A DNA stretch of 64,000 nucleotides from Vicugna vicugna (lineage: Eukaryota). The stretch is from the NCBI GenBank assembly GCA_013265495.1, contig MU059176.1, positions 3,655,720 to 3,719,719 on the forward strand, given 5' to 3'. The position numbers were made by a program, and so were the translations under genes. This document shows positions 25,822-38,769 of the stretch, piece by piece (within the stretch, counting starts at the first letter, position 1; every line of letters starts with the position of its first letter). The notes below the pieces were generated by a model. That model did no database searches, was not told the origin of the DNA, and saw nothing but the letters and a program-made list of their open reading frames with translations.

Positions 25822-27167
25822 TTTTTTTTAAATGTTTCTCACTGACTTTCATCGTGTCTTTAATCTTCAGAAATTCAAACAAGCTGTCCAAACTGAACTG
25901 ACCTACAGAGGCACGCAGATTCAAGGCGCAGACGGCTCCTTTTCCTTCGTTTGAATGTCTTAACTCTCTTCTGAGTTCCTTTAGCTGCTTGTTTCTTTGC
26001 GGCAGTCTCCCCCTCCAACTCCCGCTTCTCTTGGCCAAAAGCCTTCTTTCCTCCTTTCTTCTCTGCCTCCCCAGCCTACCTGCCTCAAGCTAACGTCACA
26101 CCAGCTCTGTTGATGAACGCTCTGCTGCTGTGGTTTGCTTTATCCACTTGAATTTGTGGTACCTGTTCCAGCAAAAGAATTTTGCGATACATGGTCTTAT
26201 GAATGAATTTAGCTTCAGCGTAATTCTCAGGTTCTTCAGTAAGCTCTTCGGAATAGTGAATCTTATCACATGGCGCTGAGAAAGCTTCCCAAAGGTTCTC
26301 CTGATCTCTGTTCTGATTGCTGTGCGCATGGAAGGTTGTGCTTGTCCTTCAAGGCAGGCAGCACTGTGCTGAGAGCCACACGGACTATCAAAGCAGGAGA
26401 CACTTTCGGCCCATAAGCAGGAATGCCCCACATGTCCATCAGAAGCAAATCTCAAAGGTTCGGTTTTCTCATTCTAAGTAGAATAATTCCTTGGATATTT
26501 CTCAAGGGTTACTGATGATACTAACGTTATTATAAATGGCATGAGGTCCTCCATGGTAGATACAATAGCCCACAACAGTCCTTCCAGCTCTCATACCCTC
26601 AGAGGCATAGACTTTCTGGTATCATTCTAGGTCTTAAATGTCTTTTGACACAAAACGTCCTCTTTAATCTTCATGTTAGCTCCAACCTTAATCAACCACC
26701 ATCAGACATTCAGGAACTTTCTTATGTCAGACAGTTCTGGAAAGGCTGAGATGGCCAGGGCAGAACAGACGGCACACATTTCCTGGTTGTGTTCACTCTA
26801 TGCTGTCAAGGGTATTAAGTTTTGGCTGATACAAAATGTGACCTCTCAAACCATATTTCCAGACGGGAAGGGCTGTGACCAGAATAGTAAGTCCCACTGT
26901 CACGAATTCAGGGAATTTGAACTACAACTCTGTCAGTGTCCTAGGATTGAGTCCAGGTCTAATAAGCAGATAATGCAGTGCAAAGGTGGCCTCATTTAAT
27001 ACAAATCAGTGTGAAGAAAGTCTACAAGATCTAAGTCAAAGGTAACCTCAAACACCATAGGCAAGAGTGCCAGAAGTATCTTCCTTTTGCAAATACTCTG
27101 GTATCAGTGGACGGGCAGATACAAGTGCAAGAGGAGGAGGGGCTCCCAGGGGTTCCCACAGTAAAAG
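25822..27167 (-). pseudogene. RPL4: RPL4 processed pseudogene (decayed, near full-length retrocopy)
   Basis: Broken frames give SARPLIPEYLQKEDTSG, CSALAISAFPEL, KVYASEGMRAG, LRFASDGHVGHSCLWAES and LLKNLRITLKLN, all RPL4-like in order. No introns; many stops and frameshifts. TOP-like 5' end CTTTTACTGTGG, RPL4-like 3'UTR (ttggacagctt...cagtgagaaaca) and an A8 tail remnant. Confidence 0.9.
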
Positions 27168-27169
27168 CT

Positions 27170-28520
27170 CTCACTCTATTCTTACAAAAATAGTATAGAA
27201 TTCTAGGATGGCAAATATTATAGTTGAGCACACCGAGGAGCTTTTCCCACAATCTCATACCTTTGATTGTCACTGTTGAGACATTCGTGTCAGTCCAACT
27301 GTCACTCCTCTGAAGTCAATTCTGTTTTTCATCTCACTGCCTCTAATATTTTCTCTTTGATTTTGATGTTCTGCAGGCTCACTGTGATACATGTGACACA
27401 TCTAGACAGGCATTCCTTTTTATTTATCTGGCTTGAGATTCTCAGCCATTATCTCTTCACATACAGACTCTGTCCTACTCTTTCTCTTAGGTATCTGGAA
27501 ATCCAATAGGACGTATCACGAGGCCCCCTCTTCCCACCCTCCATGCGCTTAGCTACCTCTGACCTCCATGTTTCGCACCTCTCTGTCTTCCTGTGCTGCA
27601 TTCTGGATAATATCTTCAGATCTATTTTCTACTCCACAAATGCTCTCTTCAGCTGTGTTTAATCCACTGTTTTCACCCATCCACTGAATTTTATTCTACA
27701 ATAATCGTATCCTTCAGTACCAGAAATTCTGTATTGTACGTCTCTAAATCTTTATTTTTATTGCCTCTTGTTTCCTATTCATATATTGAATCCATCCGTT
27801 CATTTCTTTAAAGACAGTAAAACACTGGTTTCAGATTCTGTATCTCATAGTTGCAGTATTCCAGGTGTTTGGAAATCTGATTCTACTGGGTGTTATTGTT
27901 ATTTGTTTGCAGGCCTCGTTCTGTTTCCTCATGGTTTTCAAGATTGTTTTTTATGACATATTACCTCTGGACATCCTCTAAGGGCTACGTTGTAGATGAT
28001 TTCCTCTACAGAAGGGCACACCCAGTCCAAAAGCAGTTTTAAGTAAGTTCCTAGCCTGAGACTTTTCAGACCACATGGGTAGCATTATTTTAGGCACAGA
28101 TTTTCATGAAAATGAACTTGTGATTACAATTTTTCCCCTATTCACCCAATGCCAGTGTTGAAACAGGTAGGTTTCCTTGTGCCCTCTGTGATGTGAGTTT
28201 ATATTTGTAAATTATCCTTGCAAGAGAGTATAGGGGTCCCAACAGTATGTGCCCTGGTCTTCTATTAGGTTCCAATACCTTGGGCAGATCTTGTCAGCCT
28301 TGTCTCTTGTCCCCTTCACTCCAAATAGCCAACAAAACTGAAACACAAATTCATCAAGATTTGGCCACTACCCTCAGGGAAAAAGCTGGCTTTATAGAAA
28401 GCTTACTTCTCTGGATTCCAATTTTTACTGCATGTATAGCCTCTGAGAATTATTTTTTTGCCAGCTCACTAATGTATTAAAATATTTTACCTTTTATCCA
28501 CCATTTTAGTTGTTTTCAAT
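27170..28520 (-). mobile_element. Old L1M 5'/ORF1 fragment, continuing at about 25720-25820 on the far side of the RPL4 retrocopy
   Basis: Minus strand encodes the ORF1 end motif CHPRILY and, after the insert, atagagacatttcagacaaaaactgag (TFSDKQKL-like). Confidence 0.7.
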
Positions 28521-29059
28521 GGAAGTGTTGTTCATGGAGATAGCCTGCCATAGTACTAAGAAGAGATGTCTTTATGCACTATAATGCATGGCCAACAATA
28601 AAGAGAATTTAACTTCATGAGTAAGTCAGAAATCTTTCAGACTAAGAAATCTTTCTGACTTCAGAGTAAGTCAGAAAATTTTAGTTTAAATGTTTAGCCT
28701 TTTATGTTTAAAGAAGTAAGTTATGATACTTTTCATTATTAGACCGAGGTATCACAATTAAACACAAACAAAAAGGAACTCTCCTGCTTTCAGTTTTTCC
28801 AACTGTTTAGCTTTTTTCAACAAAGAATATTCAAATTAGGTTACTGTCCATCCAACAAACCTACCCCACAAATGGGGATGGTTTTAGGTCAAGGATATGA
28901 ATATGCAGCCTATATAATGACCAGTCACTCTTTCAAATAAACCTGGAAGTTATCTTGTCCACCAATTATGGAGCATCAACCGATCAGAGCGCAAAGAAGT
29001 CCCAGATCATGGAGCGGCTAATACTGTCATTCTTGTGGGAGCTGCTGCACTAATTCTTT

Positions 29060-29250
29060 TCTTTTCTTTTTTTCATTGTAGTAAAAAAACACATGACATA
29101 AAAGTTACCATCTTAAGCATTTTTAAGCATACAGTTCAGTAAGGTTAAGTACATTCACACTGCTGTGCATCAGATGGCTAGGACTGGCTCATCTTACACA
29201 ACTGAACCTCCACACCCATTGAACAACTCCCCATCTCCCCCTCCCCACTG
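29060..29250 (-). mobile_element. L1M 3'-end fragment
   Basis: ttttttcattgtagtaaaa...accatcttaagcatttttaagcatacagttcagt...acattcacactgctgtgc is typical antisense L1MA/MB 3' end. Confidence 0.65.
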
Positions 29251-30016
29251 CTGCACTAAGTCTTACACCTAAGCTGCATCCACGACGGATTCAATCATAA
29301 AAGCTGTAATACCGAAACTTGCTAACATTTTGGGACCAATTTAATTTTTATAATCATTTACATAATGCCTGAAAAAAATGGTGCTTATTCACTTAGAGTT
29401 AGATAATCTGGGTAAATAATTTGTTTACTAAAACAGTATTTCCTAAATCATATATTAGAATCAAAGAACTTTACAGCTGAGAGAGACATTAAAGTTCAGA
29501 CTTGAACACTCGTTTTGCAAACAAAGCAAATGATCCCCACGCTCATGTTACAGCTATTAAATAAAAAGGAGCTCCTACCAAGTTCTTTCTAAAAATGTTT
29601 CATCTATTTCTAGCTACCAAAATATGATCGCTTTCCAAAGAAATACACTTAAAATGTATATAAGAAACACATTTTAAATTTGGCATCTTAATATTTTTAC
29701 TTCAGTGAAAATTCCTTATTTCCAAATCTGAAATACACTGCATATGAAATAAGTTAATCTGTTTTTAATTTGCTATGTTTCCATTCTTAATACAGTAAGT
29801 ATTATTTCTCTTGTTCTGAAATGTACCCTATACAGATGTTAGAATCTTCTCTAAGTAAATTTTGGACTGAGGATTAACTCCATTAAATTCTATGTGGACA
29901 AAGCTCTTTCCTCACATCTCCCATACGTATCTGCTGACGTGATCAGCTCTCATGACCTTATGTCCTAACTCTTACCATTCCAAATTTCACATTTTCATAT
30001 GAGGAAAAAAGCTTAC

Positions 30017-30105
30017 CTCTTTATAACATTTATATTCAGGTCAATTCCACCGAACCTGGACAGGAATTCAAGGTACGGAACGGCGCCAGAGCTGGTGAGG
30101 GGGAT
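30017..30105 (-). CDS. EFCAB6: EFCAB6 coding exon 3 (89 nt): IPLTSSGAVPYLEFLSRFGGIDLNINVIK(R)
   Basis: Too short for the ORF track; hand translation matches recalled human IPLSTSGTVPYLAFLSRFGGIDLYINGIKR. Acceptor tttgcgtgtag|A; donor GAG|gtaagc; phase 0 in, phase 2 out. Confidence 0.95.
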
Positions 30106-30559
30106 CTACACGCAAACGAGAAGAATGACAGCCGGTCAGAGACTCTGGATCTGAGCAGTGGCCAGCACAGCAGGCTCACGACGCGGGGGTGGGCGTTCCA
30201 GTGACACTTCCAGTGTTTAACCCAGGGCTCTGAGCTGACACGCGTCCTCAGCACAACAGGCATAAACAGCGTGAATGCCAGAACGCCCATCTCTGCTCAG
30301 CTGAAAGTCAACAAGTAGTCTGCCAAATTATCTAAAATCTAGATCTATCCAAAAAATAAAGTAAAATTAGTACNNNNNNNNNNNNNNNNNNNNNNNNNNN
30401 NNNNNNNNNNNNNNNNNNNNNNNNNNNNNNNNNNNNNNNNNNNNNNNNNNNNNNNNNNNNNNNNNNNNNNNNNNNNNNNNNNNNNNNNNNNNNNNNNNNN
30501 NNNNNNNNNNNNGCCACAGCACAATTTATCCTCTGAGTGTCACATGAACTTTCATATGC

Positions 30560-31050
30560 TTTTAAGGTAAATAAAGGTCAACTTTAAGTTTAAAATTGTA
30601 TAAAGGATATCATTGGGTCAAGTGGGTCAGTACGGACTACAGATTAAATAAAAGCATTATTATCTCAAAGTTTAATTTACTGAAGTTGATAACTGTACGG
30701 TGATTATGTAAGGGAATAGTTCTTATTCTTAAGGAAATAACACGCTGAAGTATTTAGAAGTAAAGAACCATAATACAAGTAACTTCCTGTTAGATGGGTC
30801 AGAAAAAAACATTATGTACACATTACGTATTGCATATATTGTTCTCACACACACACACACATACACACTCACATAATGAAAACGCACCGGAGAAGCAAAT
30901 GAGATGAAACACTCACAACCGGCAAATGTGGGTAATGGTTCTATGGGTATTATCTGTATTACTCTTATTCGTACAAATTTTCTGGAGGTTTGAAATTACT
31001 TCTAAAGTCAATTTTTTAAAAAAGTGAAAATAGCTATTTCCCAAAGAGTA
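30560..31050 (+). mobile_element. Old L1MC-type 3' region
   Basis: tttactgaagttgataactgtacggtgattatgtaagggaatagttcttattcttaaggaaataacacgctgaagtatttagaagtaaag; subfamily uncertain. Confidence 0.6.
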
Positions 31051-31729
31051 TCATGAAACTAAAATTAAAATAAATACATAATCAATATAAATATACTTTC
31101 CTAAGCTTCATGCAAATACACAAAGTACGATTTCCCAGAGAGCTGAATGGCCCCCAACCCTACACAACCAAGTTGACTTAGCGCTTAAACTTCTAGCCTC
31201 AAAGCCTAGCACGGTTATCTCAGTCTTCCCCAAGGGATGAGTTCCTCTTTACCATTTAAAACATTCAGAACTAGGAAATGGGACCAGAGGGAGGAGGGTT
31301 CACAGGGTGGGCCTCCGAGGAGCCTTTTCCTGGAAAGGACACGCAGCGCTTCTATTTCTGATAGGGCATTTTTTAGTAGATATAATTTGGGCAGACACTT
31401 CAAAGTTCCCCTAATCTTACAGAAGAAGGGCAAGACCAGATGCAGTGTGCAGTTTCCAAGGCTGGGTACCCTCACTGTTTCGGTAGTGACAGTGCTCGCG
31501 AGGAAGGGAAGAAACTTATGCCGGCACAGCTCACACTTTATACACAGGCACAGGCGCTGCTCTCGGTTTTAACTCATCTAACCCAAAACCACCTCCTGAG
31601 GATGCTGAAATGTTCTGCATTTCATAGCACAGGTGTGACCTCCCTGCCTGGGGCTGCCATTAAGTTGTTAAGTCACAGAAATCTGTGACTTCAGGGCCTA
31701 TTATACTAACCACCCTGCTTGCAAAAAGG

Positions 31730-31780
31730 AGAGAGAGAGAGAGGGAAAGAAAGAAAGAAAGAAAGAAAAGAAAGAAAGAA
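31730..31780. repeat. (GA)n/(GAAA)n microsatellite running into an N block
   Basis: gagagagagagagggaaagaaagaaagaaagaaagaaaagaaagaaagaa followed by N. Confidence 0.9.
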
Positions 31781-33249
31781 ANNNNNNNNNNNNNNNNNNN
31801 NNNNNNNNNNNNNNNNNNNNNNNNNNNNNNNNNNNNNNNNNNNNNNNNNNNNNNNNNNNNNNNNNNNNNNNNNNNNNNNNNNNNNNNNNNNNNNNNNNNN
31901 NNNNNNNNNNNNNNNNNNNNNNNNNNNNNNNNNNNNNNNNNNNNNNNNNNNNNNNNNNNNNNNNNNNNNNNNNNNNNNNNNNNNNNNNNNNNNNNNNNNN
32001 NNNNNNNNNNNNNNNNNNNNNNNNNNNNNNNNNNNNNNNTTCGTGGTATGTCCATATTGTTACTTATGATCTAATGCAAATTCTGAGGCGGCAGACAACT
32101 TTTGCAATGACTTGTCTCCAAAACTAAGCCCTTAGAAAACCCAACAATTTAGTCTAAAAGGAGAGATTCTGCTAAGGATTTGCCTCTCCAGTATTTGTGA
32201 TTCTGGCCAAAATGTCTGAGAATCAAAGCCGCCCCCTGATGAATCACTGAAAGCAAATTCTTAGGCTGGGGCTGGGGGAGCGTGGTTTGTAAATGAACGC
32301 CAGTATGCTGACAGGTGTCTTCAAAGACTTCTCTTTCCCCAGCCCGGCACAACCACTAGGATGAGAACAGGACTTTGTTCTCCTTCTCTGGAATCTGTTC
32401 ACCAATTCAACTTCTTTTAAAATGTTATATTAATATTCAGAGACTGAGGCCACATTTTTTAAAAATTCCTATTACTGTCAGTGAAAACTAAGGTGCAGGG
32501 CAGGTCACAAGCAATGCCTCCTCATCGTTCTTGCCTTGATCCTCAGTCACCATGACACCCCGAGGTCCAAACATTTTTGATGTGGCTCTCAAAATTAAAT
32601 TAAAACTTGAATATTAAAAATTGAAATGAAATTTAAAATTCACTGTAATAGGAAAACTGTTTTGTAATTTTAAAGGTGAGCTGCTTGTGAAATATTTTAC
32701 CAGTTTTATACGTTTCTAGTTAGGCTTTTATTAACCATTGGAAAAGAAAGTTTGTATCACCATACAGACTAGTCATTACAAGATCTAGAAGTCGCACACG
32801 CTGAGAAGTCCTGGGATTTGTAGAAGCAGCCAGGCCCTTCTTTCCCAGTGAACCCGGACTCCTGAAAATGCACCGCATGCCAGCCTCCCTGGTTAAACAT
32901 GGTCACAGGGACTGAAGGTTCCAGAAAAACATGCTTATCATTGAAGATAGACTACCAGAACCTGTTTCTTAAAGTCTCTGAAGTTCTACAGTTCTCAGTG
33001 ATTTCTTTTAAAAACAGATGTAGCTTTTGAAAATGGCTACACATTTCACGTTTTGTGTACTTTCCCTCTTCCTGAAGAGCTGGTTACCTTGGGAAGGTTG
33101 TCAAATTTTTTAATTAACATTAGATCAGGAATATAGGGAGACATTAGCAGGAAATAATATTTTAACTTTCCACTTGGTATAAAGTATCAGTGAAATCAAG
33201 TTTACGAGGAAACTGATGCAATGTTTGCGAGGACAAATGTTCTTTAAAA

Positions 33250-33780
33250 GCAAAAGAACAACACCACGTGACTCGGCAATTCCATTCCTAGGTACGTGCC
33301 CGAGAGAAGTGAAAACGTATGTCCACGTAAACGATTGTACGTGAAACTTCAGAGCTCACAAAAGCCAAAAAGTGGAAACAACCCAAAGGTCCTTCAACAG
33401 ATGATGATAAAACATGGTGTATCCATGCAATGGAATGTTATTCAGCCATTAAAAGAAGTACTTATTCATGCTTGAAAACATTATGCTTAGTGAAAGAAGC
33501 CAGAGACAAAAGATCATCTATTGTATTATTCCAGTTGTATGAAATGTCCAGAACAGACAATCTACTGTGACGTAAAGTCCATCACTGGGATCAGGGGAAG
33601 GGGGAGTGACTGCTAATGAATACAAACTCTCCTTCAGGGGCAATGAAATGTTCTGGAATCAGACAGTGGTGACGGCTGCACAACTCTGTGAATATATTAA
33701 AAACCACAAACTTGTACATTTTTAAATGGTGAATTTTATGATACATAACTTATATTTTAATAAAGCCTTAATTTAAAATG
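33250..33780 (+). mobile_element. L1MB-type 3' end
   Basis: gcaattccattcctaggt...tggaaacaacccaaaggtcc...atggaatgttattcagccattaaaag...gttctggaatcagacagtggtgacggctgcacaactctgtgaat. Confidence 0.8.
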
Positions 33781-34219
33781 TAGATACAATAAAGGGTGAC
33801 ATGTGAAAGAATCAAAATGTACTGTTTGTGAAATTTTGAAAGTGAATAAAGGGGAAACATTTTTAAAGAAGCAGAAAACTCTTCATCTTTCTTTCCTTTC
33901 CCTTCTTCCCTGTCTGTTCCCCAACAATTCCATCCTAAAGTCGTTAGACGGGGCAGAGAAGAATGGTGTCCATAACATGGGAGCCATGGAGGTCCAGACC
34001 AGTGTGTGAGCCCAAGTGGGGTGAGGAGGGCACCCACGTGGGGGATGGGGAGTGCTGGAGACGGGAGAGGAGTCACAGGCCAGGGAGACTAATCAAAGAA
34101 TTAAATATACTGAGAGTAAAAGAAGCCAAGATTCTCGTGGTCTGAAAAGGTAGTTACGAATATGGTAGGTGAGAAAATGAGAATGAACCCTGGAGCGCTA
34201 GCTGAGAATTGGTGGTATT

Positions 34220-35050
34220 GTTTGAACTCATGGTTTTCAATCTATAGAGAGACTGATATAGAAATGGATGTAGATGTACATGTGTGGGTACACACTGGGG
34301 TGGGGAATGTATCCCCTGGAGCTCTGCCCACCTGGAGGGCCTGGGGCAGTGACATCCAGTGGCAATGAGCAGCCCTCGTGCCCAGACCCCAGATTCTGGG
34401 TACCTTTTCCCATTAAAAGGAACCAGAGCTCTTTGGAGAAATGGATGATTCTAAAGCTGAGGCAGGGAGAGTACACGTGAGTTTGGGATGTCTTGCATCA
34501 GAAAGCAAGGAAGTGTTCGAAGAATGATGGGGACGTGTCAAAGGACCTAGAAACCAGCATGAAGGGGCTCCTGCTGGCTAATTTAGGGATAATTTAAACA
34601 TCAAAATAAATAATGAAAGTAATGAATCATAACCCACTTAATAAAATAGGAAGTCTTGAGTCCCTGCAAACATAATGAGTAAATGCAAGTTTGGTGAGGA
34701 ATGGCAGATATGCACAGATTCAAAGCATCTCCCACAAAACTCCTGTTAATTACGAAGTGGATAAAGAGTACTCTACCATGAGAAAGACAGATGGAGCTGA
34801 AAGAGCCCCTCTTAATTGGCTGGCCAAAGCGAACATCGGCAGTAATGGGCAGACCGAAGTCACGCGGGCCTTACGAGCTGCGGTGAGAAGAATCCAGCAG
34901 CTCTTCTGTGACGGTCTCGGCATCCGGAAACATCCGCTCAACACTCTGCAAAATAACGTCTGACTCTGCAAAGTGTTAAGCGTCTTTCTGGCCCGAAGAA
35001 CCAGCACACAGAACCCAAAGCAATCACAGCCATTAAAAATGTGAGGGGGG
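34220..35050 (+). mobile_element. L1MD-type 3'UTR fragment
   Basis: aaaaggaaccagagctctttggagaaatggatgattctaaagctgaggcaggg...tcaaaggacctagaaaccagc...aacatcaaaataaataatga. Confidence 0.6.
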
Positions 35051-35314
35051 TCTCACAGGAGAGGCGGGGAGGAGGCCCACTTTCTGTGTCCGTGTCTCTA
35101 GCTGATGCCTGAACCACGCGTGTGCAGGTCAGACTCAACGAGTCCCAGCCAAAGACAAAAGAGCTGAGTGACCGCCCAGCAAGAGAGACCGAACCTGCAA
35201 GTTCACTTCCTGCCAAAGCAGTAGCACAGACAGTCTTGGAGGAGCACAACGGAAGCGGGGCCCCCACAGCACTGTGCCCGCAGCGCCCAGCGCCCAGAGC
35301 CCAGAGCCCAGCGC

Positions 35315-35805
35315 CGTCCAATGAGCAGCCGGGCGCAGGTGACGCCTGAGCGCCTGAAGTGTGGGAGGGCAGCTGATGAGCTGGCCCGGCTGTTACAGTT
35401 GACGCTAGTTAATTTAAATTCTAAAATTAATTCAGTTGTTGGAAAACTTCTAAGTTTGAACAACTGGGTGTAAGAATCTAGTAGTTCAGTTGCAGATTTT
35501 ACGAAATCTAAAAATAGAGACAGTATTTCCAATGGATGTTTAGTGTCAGAATTAAGGTCTGCTGTAAGTGTAAATATACACCAGGCTTTGTAGACTTAGC
35601 ACACAGAAAAAAATGTAAAATACCTTATTACCAATTTTAAACAGTGATTACATGTTGAAATGTGATCATATTTTGGATATATTTGGTTAAGTAAAAATAT
35701 TACAATAAATTTCACTTATTTCTTTCTTATTTTTGTAATGTAGCTACTAGAAAATTTAAAAGTACATATATGGCCCACATTATACTTCTAATGGCTAGCA
35801 TTGGT
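35315..35805 (-). mobile_element. hAT-Charlie DNA transposon remnant (MER33/Charlie1 family)
   Basis: gtaagtgtaaatatacaccagg...gattacatgttgaaatg...gctactagaaaatttaaaagtacatatatggcccacattata matches recalled MER33 antisense; terminal cagcgccgtccaat. Confidence 0.75.
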
Positions 35806-35844
35806 CAGGATATCACCCAACTACACTCAACAATGAAGAACCAG

Positions 35845-35973
35845 GGGGAGGATATAGCTCAGTGGTAGGGTGTGGGCTCACCATGCACAAGGTCCTCAGT
35901 TCAATCCCCAGCACCTCCATTAAAAACAGATAAATAAACCCAATTACCTCCCCTGAAGAAAAAAAATTTTTTT
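35845..35973 (+). mobile_element. tRNA-derived SINE (camelid Vic-1-like) with a perfect 13-bp TSD
   Basis: Head GGGGGAGGATATAGCTCAGTGGTAG...GTTCAATCCCCAGCACC (A and B boxes); A/T tail; AATGAAGAACCAG at 35832-35844 and 35974-35986. Confidence 0.85.
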
Positions 35974-36019
35974 AATGAAGAACCAGAGAAATGTTTAAGG
36001 GAAAAAAAAAATCAAAGCA

Positions 36020-36420
36020 GGCCAAACCTAAGCTGACCCAGATGTTAGAAATATCAGATTAAGGATCTTTAAGTAGCTATTCTAAGTATGCTCAGAGTTT
36101 TTAAAAAATATGCTTATAATTGAAAAAAATAAATCGAAGTAAATAAATAGAAATTACAAAAAAATAACCAAATGAAAATTCTGGAACTGAAAAATACAAT
36201 GTTGAAATTAAATGTTCACTGAAAGAGCTGAACAGCAGAATGGAGATAATAAGAAAGAGCCAGGGAACCTGAAGATGGATGGACACTCTGTAATTTGAAA
36301 ATATTTTAAAAACTGAACAGAGCCTCGGGGTCTGCAGGACAACACCAAAGCGTCTGCGAGAGGAGAGGATGAGGAAGAAAAATATTTGAAGAAACAATGG
36401 CCGAAAGCTATCTGCCTGCT
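36020..36420 (+). mobile_element. Old L1M ORF1 fragment
   Basis: aaatgaaaattctggaactgaaaaatacaatgttgaaattaaatgttcactgaaagagctgaacagcagaatgg (L1 ORF1 coiled-coil region). Confidence 0.7.
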
Positions 36421-36722
36421 CCGTGCTGGGTCGAGCGTACAGTAGTTGTACAATAACCACTTGAGGCATGGATGAATGCAAATACTAAGTGCCAAAACAT
36501 AAGTTGACCAAATACTCTTTATATGGAAGCCTTAAAAAAAACTGAAAGAAAAAGGCTGACATAGTGCTACACACAAAAATATGCCCCAAGTATATGATGA
36601 CCATCCCAAATTGCCAGAATTTAATTAAGTGGATTGTGACAAAACTTTATTTGGGGCAGTGGAGGGGGAAGGCAGACTAGGTCACACGCTCCTCTAATCT
36701 GCGGCATCTTTTCTGCAGTTAC

Positions 36723-36934
36723 CTGAGCCAGCACATGTTGAAACTGTTCTCTGGTGAGAGGCAGCAGGAAGGTTGCGATGATTCTTCTCAGTTCGTTCTT
36801 TGACACCGTCATGTTGTTACGGGTGTCGAGCAGGTGAAAGGCTTTTTTCAACTCATCTCCTTTATCAGTAATCTTTTGAAATATAATCCGTTTAACATCT
36901 AAGGATGACAGCATTGGATTTGCAACAGCTGTGG
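36723..36934 (-). CDS. EFCAB6: EFCAB6 coding exon 2 (212 nt): TTAVANPMLSSLDVKRIIFQKITDKGDELKKAFHLLDTRNNMTVSKNELRRIIATFLLPLTREQFQHVLAQ; first EF-hand-like motif
   Basis: Close match to recalled human TTAVANPTLSSLDVKRILFQKITDRGDELQKAF. Acceptor tctcttttctag|C; donor CAG|gtaact; phase 1 in, phase 0 out. Confidence 0.96.
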
Positions 36935-38769
36935 CTAGAAAAGAGAGACGGCTATTTAATAAACATGCTTAAAGCTAAGATGCTAAAAACTGTTCCACTG
37001 TGGACTAGAATCAAACTCCTAAAACTGTATTTCTTCTACCATATCTAGGTTTATAAGTAGATAACTTGCAAATGTGCAGACATTTTTTTCACCTCCGAAA
37101 CTTATATTTCAATCAATATAAAGTCATAGTAATAACATTAGAAAGAAAAAAAAGGCAAAGATAATCTTCCCTAAAAAGGATCTATCTCATTACAAGTGAA
37201 AAACCTGGATCGTGGGATAAAATTTAGTTAAGAATCAATATCATCTCAAATAAATCTTCAAATTATTATATCCACTTTTCATCCCCATGCCAATTTTTGA
37301 AGGAAAACATGTAATTCTTAAATCTACATCATTACTCTTTCAAAGACAAAGGAGGAAGAGGTGAGGTCAGCTGGACACTAGAGAGCTCTAAGGAGCTTTC
37401 AGGGGCTTGCACTTCTCGGGAGGAAAAAGAGTCCTGGCTGTAACGGTTTAGGTCCCAGGGTCCCTGTGTCACCAAAGGGCAGCTGACGTAACACTTGAAG
37501 CCTCCCTTCCCTCCATCTAAGATAAAAACAGCTGTAGAAGCAAGTAGATTCAGTAACTACAAATCAACTCATGTAGCAATGAGTGTTGTTAGCAGGAAGA
37601 CATGATTATTCCATCTCAGCATCTCATGACCCACGAGGGAAAGAGGCGGCCGAGCACGATGGTGGTTGGTAAATCTCTGATACTGTTTACGAGACTGCAA
37701 AGGCTTGGTGACCGTATTTCACTGCCTGCCTCTGTCTTACACAGTAACTTCTGGACATGCTCAGTGCCTTTAACATTGGCTCACCTGCTGTCAAATTATT
37801 CCCAAGCAGGAGCTCTAACTCTGTACTAACTCTAGTTATTTCCCTATCAGTGAGAATTTCTTATCAAGCTATGGAAACTTCTGGCATGAGGTCAGTGGTG
37901 GCTTTAGTCCCAGAGTGTCCTGGGCCAGATGACAGACTTAAACTGCCACCTTGGGCCCTCCCAGAAGCCCTGAGGGCTGTTCTCACAGCTGTAGGATGCC
38001 GGAGCCGTCTTCTGTCTGAGGTGGTACCAGAGAGTGGGCCAGCACCCCCAAAGTCACCGTGCTGTGAGGGTCTGCCGTGTGCCCTAGCCTCCCAAAAAGC
38101 ATGTGGCATCGCCGACACCCACCTCCCCTGATGCTTGCTTGCTCATGAGGCCCAGAGCCTCCTTGAGGGAGAGGATCACTTAACTGGGATACACTGGGGA
38201 CCCAGAACACAGAGGGGTTGCTTTGGGGTGACAGGATGAAGGTCCTTGGAAAATCTTAGAGGCAAGAGTGACACTTCAACTGCAGCGCTGTGCTCCCTGA
38301 GAGCGGGAGGGGCGGGAAGTGGGCTGCTGTGGAGGACAGACAGGGGGGCGAGCAGAGCGGGCATCAGCCGGGAGAGGAGACTGGGAAAGTCAGCAGGGGC
38401 CAAATCCCGGGCGGTCCTGTCCTCTGGCTTTGGGCCCTGGGTACAGGATGCCATCACAGTTTTCATTCTTAAATTTTACTCTGGTATCACATGGGAGAGA
38501 AACAGAAAAGGGAGGAGAGGACGATGTGAGACACGCTGGGGGATCACAGCCTGCCCAGCAAGTAACAAGAGAGGTCTGCACTGATGTGATGGTCATTGAG
38601 GGAAAAGCCAGGGTGAATACAAGATACGTTAGAATAGAGGAGGAAAGTCCACAGAATCTTCAGATTTGATGTGCAGGGTGACATAGGAGAAGAGATAAAG
38701 CTCCTGTGTCCGGCGTGGGTGGCTGGGTGAGTGGCGACATCCTTCACTGAGAAAGGGCATTCGGGAAGA

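Noticed and set aside
35845-35915. tRNA-gene-like sequence (also at 22715-22788)
   Set aside because: A/B boxes are present, but it is followed by a SINE body, A tail and TSD; no proper cloverleaf or acceptor stem.
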